A stretch of 64,000 nucleotides of DNA, taken from assembly GCF_037042905.1 (NCBI RefSeq), contig NC_087263.1, positions 13,330,001 through 13,394,000 of the forward strand, given 5' to 3'. A model generated the notes under the pieces. That model saw nothing but the letters and a program-made list of their open reading frames with translations, did not search any database and was not told the origin of the DNA. Below, in pieces: positions 1 to 11,366 of this stretch. Each line of letters begins with the position of its first letter. Positions within the stretch are counted from its first letter, which is position 1. This stretch comes from Lytechinus pictus (Eukaryota). The position numbers were made by a program, and so were the translations under genes.

Positions 1-1688
1 GTAGACAGCTGTTCGCTAAGTTTTTCCTCAACAAATTTTGGGTTGGCATTTGAACAAAGTAGTACGCTATCATCTGCATACAATAATAATTTACAGTCAG
101 CTTTTGAAGAAATAGACATGTCATTGATATAAGTTGAAAATAGGATTGGGCCTAAAATACTTCCCTGTGGAACTCCACACGTTATAGGCATAATTTTGGA
201 ACAAATATCGCGAATAGCCACTACTTGATGTCGATTCGACAAGTAGGATTTGAACCATGCTACAGTAGCCTGGTTAAAACCCATTATTTGTAATTTTTTC
301 AATAAGATGCCGTGATTAAATGTATCAAATGCTTTTTGAAGATCTAGGAGTACCATCCCAACGAATTGTCCCTTAGACATATTTGTTCTCAGATAATCAG
401 TCAAGTGAATAAGGCATGTCTCAGTCGAATAGTCATGTCGAAAACCTGACTGATATTCGTAAATCATATCATTTTCTTTAAAATATTTTTCGATCTGAAC
501 ACATACCGCCTTTTCTAGAATTTTGGATACTATGCTTAAAACACTGATAGGTCTATAGTTTTCAACAGCAGTTTTATCTTTCTTCTTATGAATAGGAGTT
601 ACTTTTGCAATTTTCATATCCTCTGGGAAAGTGCTAGTAAAGATAGATAGATTTATTAAGAAATTTAATGGTTTGTACAAACTCTTTGCTCCTTCTTTTA
701 GAAATTTAGCAGGTATCAAATCTAACCCAGTGCTTTTTGATACATTTAATTTACGCAACTCATTAAAAATGAATTGATCACTAACAGGTAATAATTCAAA
801 TTTATCTTGGCTTATACCTTTTTTTTCATAAAATTTACGAATGTTTTCACTGTCTGCACTGAAAATGTCTTTGCAAGATGGAAGTTTATCTACCAACGTA
901 GCTGCGACATTTGTAAAATAGGAATTGAATTCATTGGAAATAGTTATCTTATCATGACATAATTCTCCGTCAATTGAAACGACTAATTCTTGGTCCTTTC
1001 CATTTTTCTTTTTTAATCCCAAACTTTTTAGATTCTGCCAAAGTCTTTTAGAATCATTTTTATTTTCTTTTATTTTATTTTGTAGGTATTCTAATTTGGC
1101 CTTTTTCACCTCTCTTTGAACCATATTTCTTAATTTCTTGTATCTTTTGGAAAGCGTGTCATAATCCTGATCGCTTAGATTTTTCTTCATTTTTTTATAC
1201 GCCACATTTCTTTCTCGAATAAGAGAAATAATATCTTTAGTCATCCAGTTTTCTGATCTCTGTTTAATTCTAATCCGTTTTTGAGGCGCTATCATATTCA
1301 ACGTTGAAATAAAAGTATTTTGAAAAACTGACCAAGCCTTATTTACGTCAGTGCATTGGGTTAAATCTGACCAATCAACGGCAGACAGTTTAAGATTGAA
1401 AGATTCTTCGCTATATTTTTTCAACGATCTGATATCAGTGGTTCTGTGAACACCTATAGCCAGCCTAATTTTCTTTCGTGTACAGAAAGTAAAAGAATGG
1501 TCACTTATACCAAGATCAATAACACCACTTTGATTTATTTTTTGTTCGTTATTACAAATCACATGGTCCAATAAAGAAGAACATGTGTGAGTGACACGGG
1601 TTGCATCTTTGATGAGTTGGCTAAATCCATGAAGACTCAAATGAATAAGTTAGTATATTTTTTAGCCAGTGGAGATTTCTGAAAAATT
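1..1688 (-). mobile_element. CR1/L2-group LINE ORF2 fragment (APE endonuclease C-terminus plus reverse transcriptase), runs off the left edge
   Basis: Manual minus-strand translation gives TRVTHTCSSLLDHVIC..GISDH (EN end), [47 protein letters not shown] and LLYADD. The segments I checked below ~1649 share one frame, with a frameshift near 1645-1650. It is probably absent from the ORF track because it has no stop inside the window. Confidence 0.93.
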
Positions 1689-1985
1689 GTGGGGGCATTG
1701 TGGTCTAGTGGTTACAAAATCTCGTCTTTCAATGAGAGAGGGACGTGGGTTCGAGTCTCAGCCACGGCGTGTTTTCCTTCAGCAAGAAATTTATCCACAT
1801 TGTGCTGCACTCAACCCTGGTGAGTTGAATGGGTACCCGGCAGGATTAATTCCTTAAATGCACCAAGCGCCTTTATAGCAGCTGGAGCTAAAGCCAGGGT
1901 AATAAACATGTATATATAGTGCGCCATAGAATAGGAAACTAGATATATCGGCGCCTCATAAATGCTATATTATTATTATCATTAC
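1689..1985 (+). mobile_element. tRNA-derived SINE
   Basis: A box TGGTCTAGTGG, B box GGTTCGAGTC, core TGCACTCAACCC..AATGGGTACCCGG, 3' GCGCC..GGCGC stem and (ATT)n tail. Homologous to 8715-8988 and 46956-47222. Confidence 0.9.
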
Positions 1986-2244
1986 AAATTTTCACACAAA
2001 TTATACTTTTATTTCGTTTATGATCTATTGACTAACCTGTAATATTTTGAGTGCACTTAATTTTGTAAGGATGGAGTGCATAGATATGATTCCCCCCATT
2101 TCGTGTAGAATTTTGGGAGATGGAATACCTTGATATAGAGCCTTAGAATTATTGATGAAAATGAACGCATATGCCTTCAAGTAGATCTGCACATGAGCAA
2201 AAACGGTGTTTCATTTTATTGCCCCCTTCGAGACATAACAGCGA

Positions 2245-2823
2245 TTTAAAAGAGGGGTAGTTTTGAAAGACTGGTCAATGGTCAATCGCAGGGTCAAACG
2301 TATTTATAGGGTATGTTTTTTTTCCAAAGCTTTTTTTTAGACTAGCCAAACGTGTTTAGGGTACACTCTAAAAAATATTGGGTAAAAATGCTCCATTAGG
2401 ATAATTATGTATCCAACCAACATTGGGCATTTCTTTTGGGCATTTTTATTTATCCAATGTGATGACAATTTTGCTCATTTCAAAATAATTGCTGTTTATT
2501 TTTTAACCTTATTGGACAATATGCTTCACGTATTGGGTAAAATACTGCCCCAAATTGATTGGATACATAATTACCCTCGTGCTGGTAAAAATTTTGCCCA
2601 ATATTTTTAACAGTGTATGTTTTTCCCCCAAGCCTTTTCTCCGGGTCATAATCTGGCGACAATTTGTTTAGGGGCCAAAATGTGTAAATAAAGCCCGCGA
2701 AAAACTTGTTTAGGGGGTTATTTTGCACACAGAAAAAAACTCATTAAGGGGGTGCTTGGAAATCATTTGGCCACGCGTGTGTACAGCAATATATTTGACT
2801 GCCCCCCCCCCCCCGGGGGGGGG
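2245..2823. mobile_element. Non-autonomous DNA element with a poly-C/poly-G end, split by a nested MITE
   Basis: Internal repeat ACGT(A/G)TTTA..GGGTATGTTTTT occurs intact at ~2298 and is split at 2362/2616 by the insertion. Ends in a C/G run at ~2802-2823. Confidence 0.45.
2364..2615. mobile_element. MITE, CACT..AGTG termini, TA target duplication
   Basis: TA|CACTCTAAAAAATATTGGGTAAAA ... TTTTGCCCAATATTTTTAACAGTG|TA. Removing it restores the host motif GGGTATGTTTTT. Related to 32264-32463 and 49434-49632. Confidence 0.85.
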
Positions 2824-2888
2824 ATATATCTCATTAACTTGTTAGAGCCTTGTAATTATGATCTGCTTATGTACGCATTATAGGCCTA

Positions 2889-3124
2889 CACTCTAAATTA
2901 CAAGGATTAGAAATAAATCCATTCCGGCTGTGAATAGTGACCAGTCGATATTGGGATTTAAGATTAATCCATAAAGATTTAAATACTAATAAATTTGGAT
3001 TTAAAAACCAATCTTTAAGATTTACATTTATATCTTTAAGGATTGATTTTAAATCATAATATCGACTGGTCACTATATTCACAGCCGTAATGGATTTATT
3101 TCAAATCCCTGTCTTTTTAGAGTG
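2889..3124. mobile_element. Palindromic MITE, CACT..AGTG termini, TA target duplication
   Basis: Long inverted arms (AAATAAATCCATTCCGGCTGTGAATAGTGACCAGTCGATATT versus AATATCGACTGGTCACTATATTCACAGCCGTAATGGATTTATTT) with TA on both sides. Confidence 0.85.
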
Positions 3125-4573
3125 TATAGGTCTGACCATGCATGAGCAATGGTGTTTGTTTATTTATTTTGTTTGATTGTTTGTTTGTCTATTTGTGCGT
3201 TCATTAATCATTGCCCCCTTCGAGACATAGGCTTACGTCATGAACTTGCCAGAGCCTTGTAATTACTGATATGCTAAAGAACGCATTATAGGCCTAAAAT
3301 AGGCCAGCGCATGATCAATTGTGTTTGTTTGTTTGTTAATTTGTTTGGATGTTTGTCCGTCTATTTGCGTGTTTGTTCGCTCCTTCTCTCTGACTGAGGG
3401 ATGTGTTTTTAACTTCATAAGTCGTTTGTCTTTTTCCCGTACATCCAGCAGGACCTTTCATTTGCAATCTCTGACTCACAATATTTTATCGTCTTTTTTG
3501 ACTGTGTGCCGGGAGATAACGGACCCTGATGGCCGGGGATTAAGGGAGATAATGATGAATTTAATCCCCAATGATTTCCGAATTTGAGATCGACTAATCC
3601 ATGTAGTGTATAGAGACATGAAGTGTCGCCTTGTACTTGATGACGTCATCAGCTGACCATGAATGTGCCAGCTGTGCTTTGAAGAGAAGTGTAGATCTCG
3701 GCCTATTTCTCTGGACAACATTCGACAATCTGTGCATTTTTTTATATCATACAATTATACTTAAAAATACTTTAAAAATTACACTGGATTGTATTGTAGT
3801 GTAGATGTATTCATTTTTTAGAATGAAAAGAAAATATCATAAATACCTCTGCTTCTCTTATATCTATCTATATAGCTTGAGACTATTTTTTATTTCATAG
3901 ATGTTTTCTATTCTTCGAATTTTTAGTAATGATAACATTGCACATAAATATTTATGAATTGACATTCGAGAATTTTTTTTTAATCAAATGATTTTTTGTT
4001 TTGTGTAATTTATTCAAGACTATCGGAATGTATTTCCCCAAGGGAAAGGGGGGGGGGGGTGAGGGTTTACTCCGAAATAGAAAAAGCTTCAATATGCAAG
4101 ACTTCTCCCTAGTGCTCCCAAACTCATTACTTTCAGCATATCGAAACAGACTCGAGAGGAAACTACAATTCAAAATGGAGGAGTGGTTGGTTTACTGCGA
4201 TGAGAGAGAAGATGGGTTCCAGTTTCGAATCTATCGTCGGTGCTTTTGAATTCATTTCACGTCGAGAGTGCATGCACAGGCCAGATGCAAATTAATTTAA
4301 TCCTAAAATGGTCAGGGGATGGGGGGGGGGGGGGTTATTGAACCCTCCTCCCCTCCCCTGGTCAAAAGAAAACCGAAGAGCCAAATGATGATGGAGAGTT
4401 ACGTAGCGACTTTATATCCTCCTCATCGCCCCCTCCTCCCCCCTCCCTTCTCCTCCTCCTTCTTCTCCTCTTCTTCTTCTCTTTACATTTCTGAACATAT
4501 ATACGGTATTCAAACAGGCAATCTTTTCACAAAATTAATGTAAGCATATATGCATCTCTCCCTGAGTTCATCC

Positions 4574-4911
4574 GTGGAAGAGCTGTGGTGTAGTGATTCT
4601 GACTCTTGCCTTGTAAACAGAGGGTCGTGTGTTCGAATCCCAACGCGGTCTAGCGTCCTTTGGCAAGGCGTTGTTAATTCACACTTTGCCATGCACTCTC
4701 GACCCAGATGCTAAATGGGTACCCGGTAGGATGCGTAAGATATTGTATGTTTGAATTTGCCAGCGCCACTATGAGGCTGCGATGAATGCAAGGAATGCTA
4801 CCCAGGGAGTGGAAATTGTGCACTTTTCGTGCGAAATTGAAATGAATCCAATGACCGGGGTAATAATATGATGTAAAGCGCTATATAAAAATTGGCTATA
4901 TCATTATTATT
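4574..4911 (+). mobile_element. tRNA-derived SINE (second subfamily)
   Basis: A box TGGTGTAGTG, B box GTTCGAATCC, core CTCGACCCAG..AAATGGGTACCCGG, ACCGGGGTAATAAT, AAGCGCTATATAAA and (ATT)n tail. Confidence 0.85.
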
Positions 4912-5339
4912 TTAAAAATCTTTATATAAACTGTATACTAAGGAGCCCGACACGATAAAAAGTTTCTGAGGGAAGTTCCTTCTGGTCTACAACAGAAAGG
5001 TCGATTTCTAAGTTCACTATTAAACACAATTTATTGTTTCGATGACTGTTATTATCTCCCGCTTTCAAAACTTTTCTCAATGACGAAACCCAATCGAGAG
5101 TGAATTATTTCAGCCATCAATCCTTAGGCTCCTTAATATGGACTTTAATGATGTTATGATCATAAATCAATATTTTTATGACGAGGGGAAAACTGGGCGG
5201 GGACGCGTTTTGTGAAATGTACATTATTGAAGGAATGCGAGGTGAGTTGCTATTCAGAATTAAATATTTTTTAAAGTAAGCCTAATGACTTCAATTCGTT
5301 CCTTATATACAAAACATTACTTTCGAAAATCAAGTTGCA

Positions 5340-5710
5340 TGACAAACAAAGCTGTTTGTCATGCATTTTATTCATTCACCATTTTGTTTTGCTAAATTTC
5401 CTAAGGTTACTAAATATTCATATTTATATTGTACTTTGTAACATATTGCTGTACAGTATGTATAATATAGTTCAAGACTTGTTTTTATCATTTTTGTTTG
5501 TTTGTACTAGACCTAATATATTTATGTGTGTGTATGTATGTTTTTACTTTGTATTTTTACAAAGGGCCCCAATGGAAACCAGTGTTTCTGCTGATACCCT
5601 TTTTAAATATGTGTAATAAATAAATAACTAAATAAATACATACATACATACATACAAATAAATAAATGAATAAATAAATAAATAAATAAACAAATAAATA
5701 AATAAATAAT
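5340..5710 (+). mobile_element. Probable LINE 3' UTR remnant ending in (AATA)n
   Basis: T-rich tract, hairpin AAGGG..GGAAACCAGTGTTTC..CCCTT, then an (AATA)n tail. Confidence 0.4.
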
Positions 5711-5759
5711 GTGCTGTCCCCTTTTTAGCAAAACCACGGGTCGGATTAACCAGAAACCT

Positions 5760-6033
5760 GGGCCGCGTCTTACAAAGAGTTATGATTGATCCAAACAATC
5801 ATAACTCTATGGAAATCCATCAGTGCCATAATTTTTTCTACAGGAAATTTGCAAAATGTCCTTTGTAAACAAAGGGGAACACACCAAATTGTCAAGAAAT
5901 CAATGACTTTATATGGATATACATTCATATCTAGAAAACCTTTTGAACAATCATGCATTTTATATGTTGACTTTGCTGGCCTTCCATAGTTGCGATTGAT
6001 CGGATCAATCGCAACTCTTTGTAAGATGGGCCC
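5760..6033 (+). mobile_element. PIF/Harbinger-like MITE
   Basis: TIR GGCCGCGTCTTACAAAGAGTT / AACTCTTTGTAAGATGGGCC. An inverted-orientation copy lies at 60228-60500. Confidence 0.85.
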
Positions 6034-7139
6034 CATGTCTTGTTTGGGACCGGACTGTGGTCCGATGCCACACAAAAGGTTTCAGATTTGACACAGAAAT
6101 TGCCATAGGGAACCTATCCGGATTGGGGCGAGGCACCGATCGAGGGGGAATCTATCTGCCATGCACCAGACCTCAATTCTGAGTCAATCTGACCTGAGAT
6201 TTTGGCATTATTATCAAAGGCGAGTGTTGAGTAAGATCCCTTTCACTCCATGTATACATAGGGAGGGGTTGGGGGGGGGGGGGTGGTCAGAAAAAGTGAG
6301 AACAAAACCCTTTTTAGGAATGCCAACATTTATTGGGGATGCACCTTCATCTAGTTTGGATATTTAAAAAATTTTAGCCATATTCTGTACTTAAATCTCA
6401 CATTAAATAGTGAACAAGAGAAGTACGGTACCTCAAATTGACATAGGTACCAAAAACATTGTGACCTACATTGTATCATTGAAGAAGAATATTATGAAAC
6501 GTGGAAGAAAATGGAAGCGTGGAAGTAAAATTATGAATAGGCCCTTCATGTATAATAATTAGGCTTACATATAATTTTGGCAGATATTGGACCACTTACT
6601 ATTATCATTATTCCGAACTTACAACAGCAATGATCAGTTTATTTCTTTAAATTATCACTGGGGGAAATTAAAGTTTCACCGTTAATCAGATGTTAGGCTC
6701 ACAGTCCATGCTCTCGGTAAGGTCTTAGTTGTGGTTAATCTCCCCAAAAGTGAACGTCACGATTTCAGTTCATTACTAGATTACAGTTATGATGGTGGTG
6801 GTTCACTGTGTATGAGATACCAAGCAATGGAGGGATCGAACCTTGTGGGGGGGGGGGGGGGTGGGCGGCAGGGGGTGATCGCCCCAATGAAAATATGGTG
6901 GTGCAAAGATCACGATTTGCCACCCCCTAAAAAGTGACACAACTTGAAAAGAATATATGCAATGCAAAGAGATGATTTAAAAGAATAAGAAAGCAATTTT
7001 TAAACTTTACGCCCCCCCTCCATCCAAAATATGGACCATCGCCTCTGCCAAGCAATATGACTTTCAGAAGAGACATTGAGTCATGCATGCATAATTTAAC
7101 TCAATGAACCTTTACCAAACTTTACATAATTTTTAAAAG

Positions 7140-7700
7140 TGTTTGTTCGTTTTATTTCCGTATATAACATAACAAATACAAAGTATATACAATACATACA
7201 AATACATATAACATGAAATGATAAGGTCAAGGTTAAAATGCAGTAACAAAAGGTATATAAGGAAGAAAGTAAATTATACGGCTGGTAGTCCATATTCAGC
7301 TTCCATGGAGCCAGTTTACTTGCAAAAAGGCTATGATTACCATAATGTTAAAGAAGTTGACCATTAGACATATAAAGGTAAGTATAATTAAAAACAAAAA
7401 AAAATCCTATAACCTACACCTAAAATGAAAACAGGATTGATTTCAATATCAGGTCAATCCTCCCTTTAAGGACCGATAACCCCAACCTCCCAAGCAATTA
7501 AGAAATGAGTCATCTCAGATGTGTCTCTCCGGTTCTATGACGATCAGAACCGGTGGCGTCATACCCAAGACCCATAAATCAAAATCACAGATATATGTAT
7601 TTTCTTTTAAGAGGATCGTTGTGGGGGAATATTGGAATTGAGGCGTTGAATGAAGCTGGTTGGTAGGTTGCGGGAATACCGTGAAGAGTTCGTGGCGGGT
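7140..7700 (-). mobile_element. Degraded CR1-like 3' remnant
   Basis: Minus-strand T-rich UTR, hairpin GGTAGTCCATA..TATGATTACC and an AATAAAC(GAAC)-type end. Confidence 0.35.
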
Positions 7701-7799
7701 TTCATAAAGTTGTTTAATGTGTTTATGAATGATCTTATGAATGATCTTATATGAATGATTGAAGTATGAGTATGTTTCATATTATAGAGCTGCATTGGT

Positions 7800-8230
7800 T
7801 GCCAAGTTTCCTTTCCTACTTATTAGTTTTACCCCTTTCTTCCTTTCTTTTTAAGTTGTGATGTTACTGTTTTTATCTTGACCCGTTTTTTTTCTCTCTC
7901 TCTTTGTTGTCAAAACTCCATAATGTTCTTCGTTAAAATTGATCATATTTACCCTAATCTACTTGTAATTGTCTATGGTTAAATCACTACTTATTTCTAG
8001 AGGGGCTTACCATTACAAGCTTTGTTTTTCAAAAACTCCCTCATTTTCATTTTCATTTGTTAACTATGACCTGTAATTTTCAATTATTTCATTATCATAA
8101 TGTGTTTGAAACTACGACTTATTTATTTACCGATCACTTTTGTATGACATTATTTGTAACTAAAGTATCTTTTATTACGTTTATTCTGCTTTGAATATTA
8201 TGTACATGTATGTATTTGTTTGTTGTAATG
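7800..8230 (+). mobile_element. Degraded CR1-like 3' UTR
   Basis: T-rich UTR with a GAGGGG..ACAAGC..CTCCCTC hairpin like other CR1 3' ends in the window. Confidence 0.4.
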
Positions 8231-8714
8231 TCTAGTTATGGAGGTGTTAGGACTTGTGTCTATTTAATAGTTGTATGGTTGTGTTTCATAAAACTGCTAC
8301 GAATGACTTTCCGAAAGATTGAAGTGAGAATGTGATTTTAAATCTGTTTTGTAAATGTACAATTTATTGATCTTAGGTACGACTGAAGTATGACTGTGTC
8401 TCATAAACATGATAAAGCATTTCTAACGTTACAAATGATTTATTACGTTTGAGAAATATAGATGATCCATTATAGGTTGTTCATGATGTAATGAATGACT
8501 TTACAAATTAACAACACATTTAAGTATATGGATATGTTTCTATGTTTCATATAGCTGTTCATTGATTTTATCCTAGGACTCTTATTGCAAAATAACTAAT
8601 TTGGTCCCCAATCACACACTTGTCAGGGCGAAACGGGGTACCAGTTTTTTGGAACGAGACTTGCACTAATTGAGAGTGGATTTTACCTCTTTTGGAGTGA
8701 AAGTGACTAAAGAG

Positions 8715-8988
8715 ATAATAATAATATAGGGTATTTATATTGCGCACATATCCACCTTGTTAGGTGCTCAAGGCGCTCCTATATTACCCGGCTAAGCTAG
8801 GCGTTCATAGCGCACACAGCTTTTTAAGGAATTACTTCCTACCGGTACCCATTTACCTCACCTGGGTTGAGTGCAGCACATTGTGGATCAGTTTATTGCC
8901 GAAGGAAATTACGCCATGGCTGGGATTCGAACCCACGACCCTCTGTTTCAAAGTCCGAAGACTAATCCACTGGGCCACAACGCTCCAC
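8715..8988 (-). mobile_element. tRNA-derived SINE
   Basis: Reverse complement shows A box TGGCCCAGTGG, B box GGTTCGAATCC, core TGCACTCAACCCAGGTGAGGTAAATGGGTACC, a GCGC stem and (ATT)n tail. Confidence 0.9.
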
Positions 8989-9643
8989 ATAGTTCACATA
9001 GTTCACACTAGAAGGATTTATAATGCACTCTGTAAGGATACACAGTTCACTCCGAGAGAAGCGTGATTAGGAACTAAATTAGCTCTTTACATTTTGAGAG
9101 TTAAAGAACTCTGCAAAGTAAGAAATTATTTGATAAACGATTTAAGCGTGGAAGTGTATTATATAGCTGTTTGTGATGTTATGAATGAATGAAGGATGGA
9201 TGTACTTTATTAAGCGGAGTATAAATTAAAAATGATTGAAGTGTGAAGGTGTTTTATAAAGTTCTTAATATCATTAATACTCACCCCCCCGAAAGACTAA
9301 AGTATGGAACGCCAAATGTGATGTAAAAACATTTGTGGGTAAAATGTCGAAGCGTGATTTTTTTTTAAGTCACCTTGATGGAACAGGAGTTTAAATATGA
9401 ACATTGCACATGAAAACACTTTTGAAGAAGAATGTTAATCTACATTTGTTTAGTGTTTAACTATTCAATCGGGAGTGCATTTGGAAATTTCCTAGTTATT
9501 TGAACGAAGTATGAGAGGTTGCCCAACCGAGAAGTGTCGAGAAGGAAAAAAAACAAGAGGATTGGAAACAGGGATGGTAAATTGCGGATACCTTAGATTT
9601 ATCACTGGAAGAAGATGATAGTAAACGAAGATGAAAAAGTTCA

Positions 9644-9761
9644 GGGGAAGGTTTCATGAGGCAATTCCTGGGTGATTTTCCCCGATAACTGTTGTAAGCT
9701 ACTGAAATCCTCGCATCTGATTGGTTCAGATCTGACAAGATGCTCCGTGGAACGTTCCCCC
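9644..9761. mobile_element. Short PIF/Harbinger-like MITE with an internal CCAAT box
   Basis: GGGGAAGGTTTCATGA..TGGAACGTTCCCC. The interior AAGCTACTGAAATCC..GCATCTGATTGG is shared with 11227-11366. Confidence 0.7.
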
Positions 9762-11226
9762 GGGAGAAAGTCGATGACCGAGCTCTCATTTATCTTCATA
9801 CTTTTGGAGTTAATCAGGGCGAACTCTAATTTACAGTGACTCACAGAAGATCCCCGCCGCACCGCCCGGGAAGATACTCGCTGAGTTAACCGATGTGGAG
9901 CGAGCAAACTAGGGCTAGGCCTAGTAGTCGCCACAGCAGCTTAGCTCTGACAATTTTTGTTATTTGGTGGGGGCAGGGGCGGGAGCTTGGAATGCATTAA
10001 AGGAATATAGAAAAATATTCCGCCCAAAAAATAAATGTGATGGCATTTTCCGCTTGCACGTTTACTCGCTGTTATAGGCAGGATTATGCAACGAAATAAT
10101 TATGTGACTTATGTTAAATAGTGTTTAATTGTATATTGTGATCTGGGGTTGGGGTTCGGAGGTAGATAGCATCTTGACTATATCAACCGCCTCTGCTCAA
10201 TCGCTTTGCTCACTCGAATATTACCCACAAGTAGAACCTATTATAGATCAATCTGTACCCCCCCCTCTCTGGTTGCAACCCCATCGTGCATGTCGTGTTC
10301 GCATAGTTATACATTAATTACCTTGTCGCGCAGTTACAGTGTACTATACATTATTTAATCTAAAGACGTTTATATTATTTCATTTTATATTTTCATACGA
10401 CTGTAATGCCAAAATGCTTCATTTCAAACAAAACAGGCATAGGACTACTTGATTAATCATTAATAATTATAATGATATCAGCGACGACTTATATAAAGCA
10501 CATATCCATCTTCGGTTGCTCGTTGGGCTTAAAAAACTGAAATGTATAATTTCATTGAAAATTCTGCTGGAGCGATGACATTGTAAAGGTATGATAAACG
10601 TTCTTGTTCGTTAAAGAAATGTAAAAGTTGTCAAAGACAAAGTCGGTGGGGGAGATGAAGGGGGAGGTGGTACATTTTTCCAGACTTTTAAAGGATACAT
10701 GTACATGTAGTTCTTTCTCCGTGACCCCTCGGCCCATTCAAACTTCTCGGCAAATTTCCAACTCGTAAGATCTTGCTTTTTTTTTTTTGCTTTTCCAAAT
10801 TGAATCTTAAGCAAACTTATTTACAAATCAAAAGTGACACGTCCCTGATGGAAACCTATTTCGCATTTCCTCAAATTTATTTCAAAGGAGGAAAATGTTA
10901 TTTCCTCCAATATGGGATTTTCGGGAACGGTGTCAAAGTGGGGGTTGAAAGGCATCTCACAAGCTGGCATGATTCAGTCCTTCACGAGGCGTCGAGATAA
11001 TCCTTTCTGCTTCATATTTAATATCCTCTTCTCTCATCGTATGACGTCAGAGGAGGAAGCTTGACCCCCTCCCCCCAGAGATGGATATTAATTTGATTGT
11101 TCTTAACCCCTTCGCTGTCCTAAACCTGAATAATGAATTGATCTTGTACAGGGCATGTCGAGTTGTGGTAGTTAGATGACTTCAGGGTACTCATGACAAA
11201 TTGATAGTGTCCGAAGATTCAATCAA

Positions 11227-11366
11227 GGGGAAATGTTTCATGAAGAAATTCGTCAGCGGGTTTCGCTGAGAATTGTTATAAGCTACTGAAATCCGTGCAT
11301 CTGATTGGCTGAGGGTAAAATCGTCAGTGAAACATCATTCACTAGCTCCTTTATGAAACCATCTCT
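11227..11366. mobile_element. Short PIF/Harbinger-like MITE with an internal CCAAT box
   Basis: GGGGAAATGTTTCATGAAG..CTTTATGAAACC; same interior as 9644-9761. Confidence 0.7.

Noticed and set aside
1689-1765. tRNA genes at the SINE heads (also 4574, 8915-8988, 46956)
   Set aside because: A and B boxes are present but the acceptor and anticodon stems are imperfect, and each head continues into a shared SINE body and tail.
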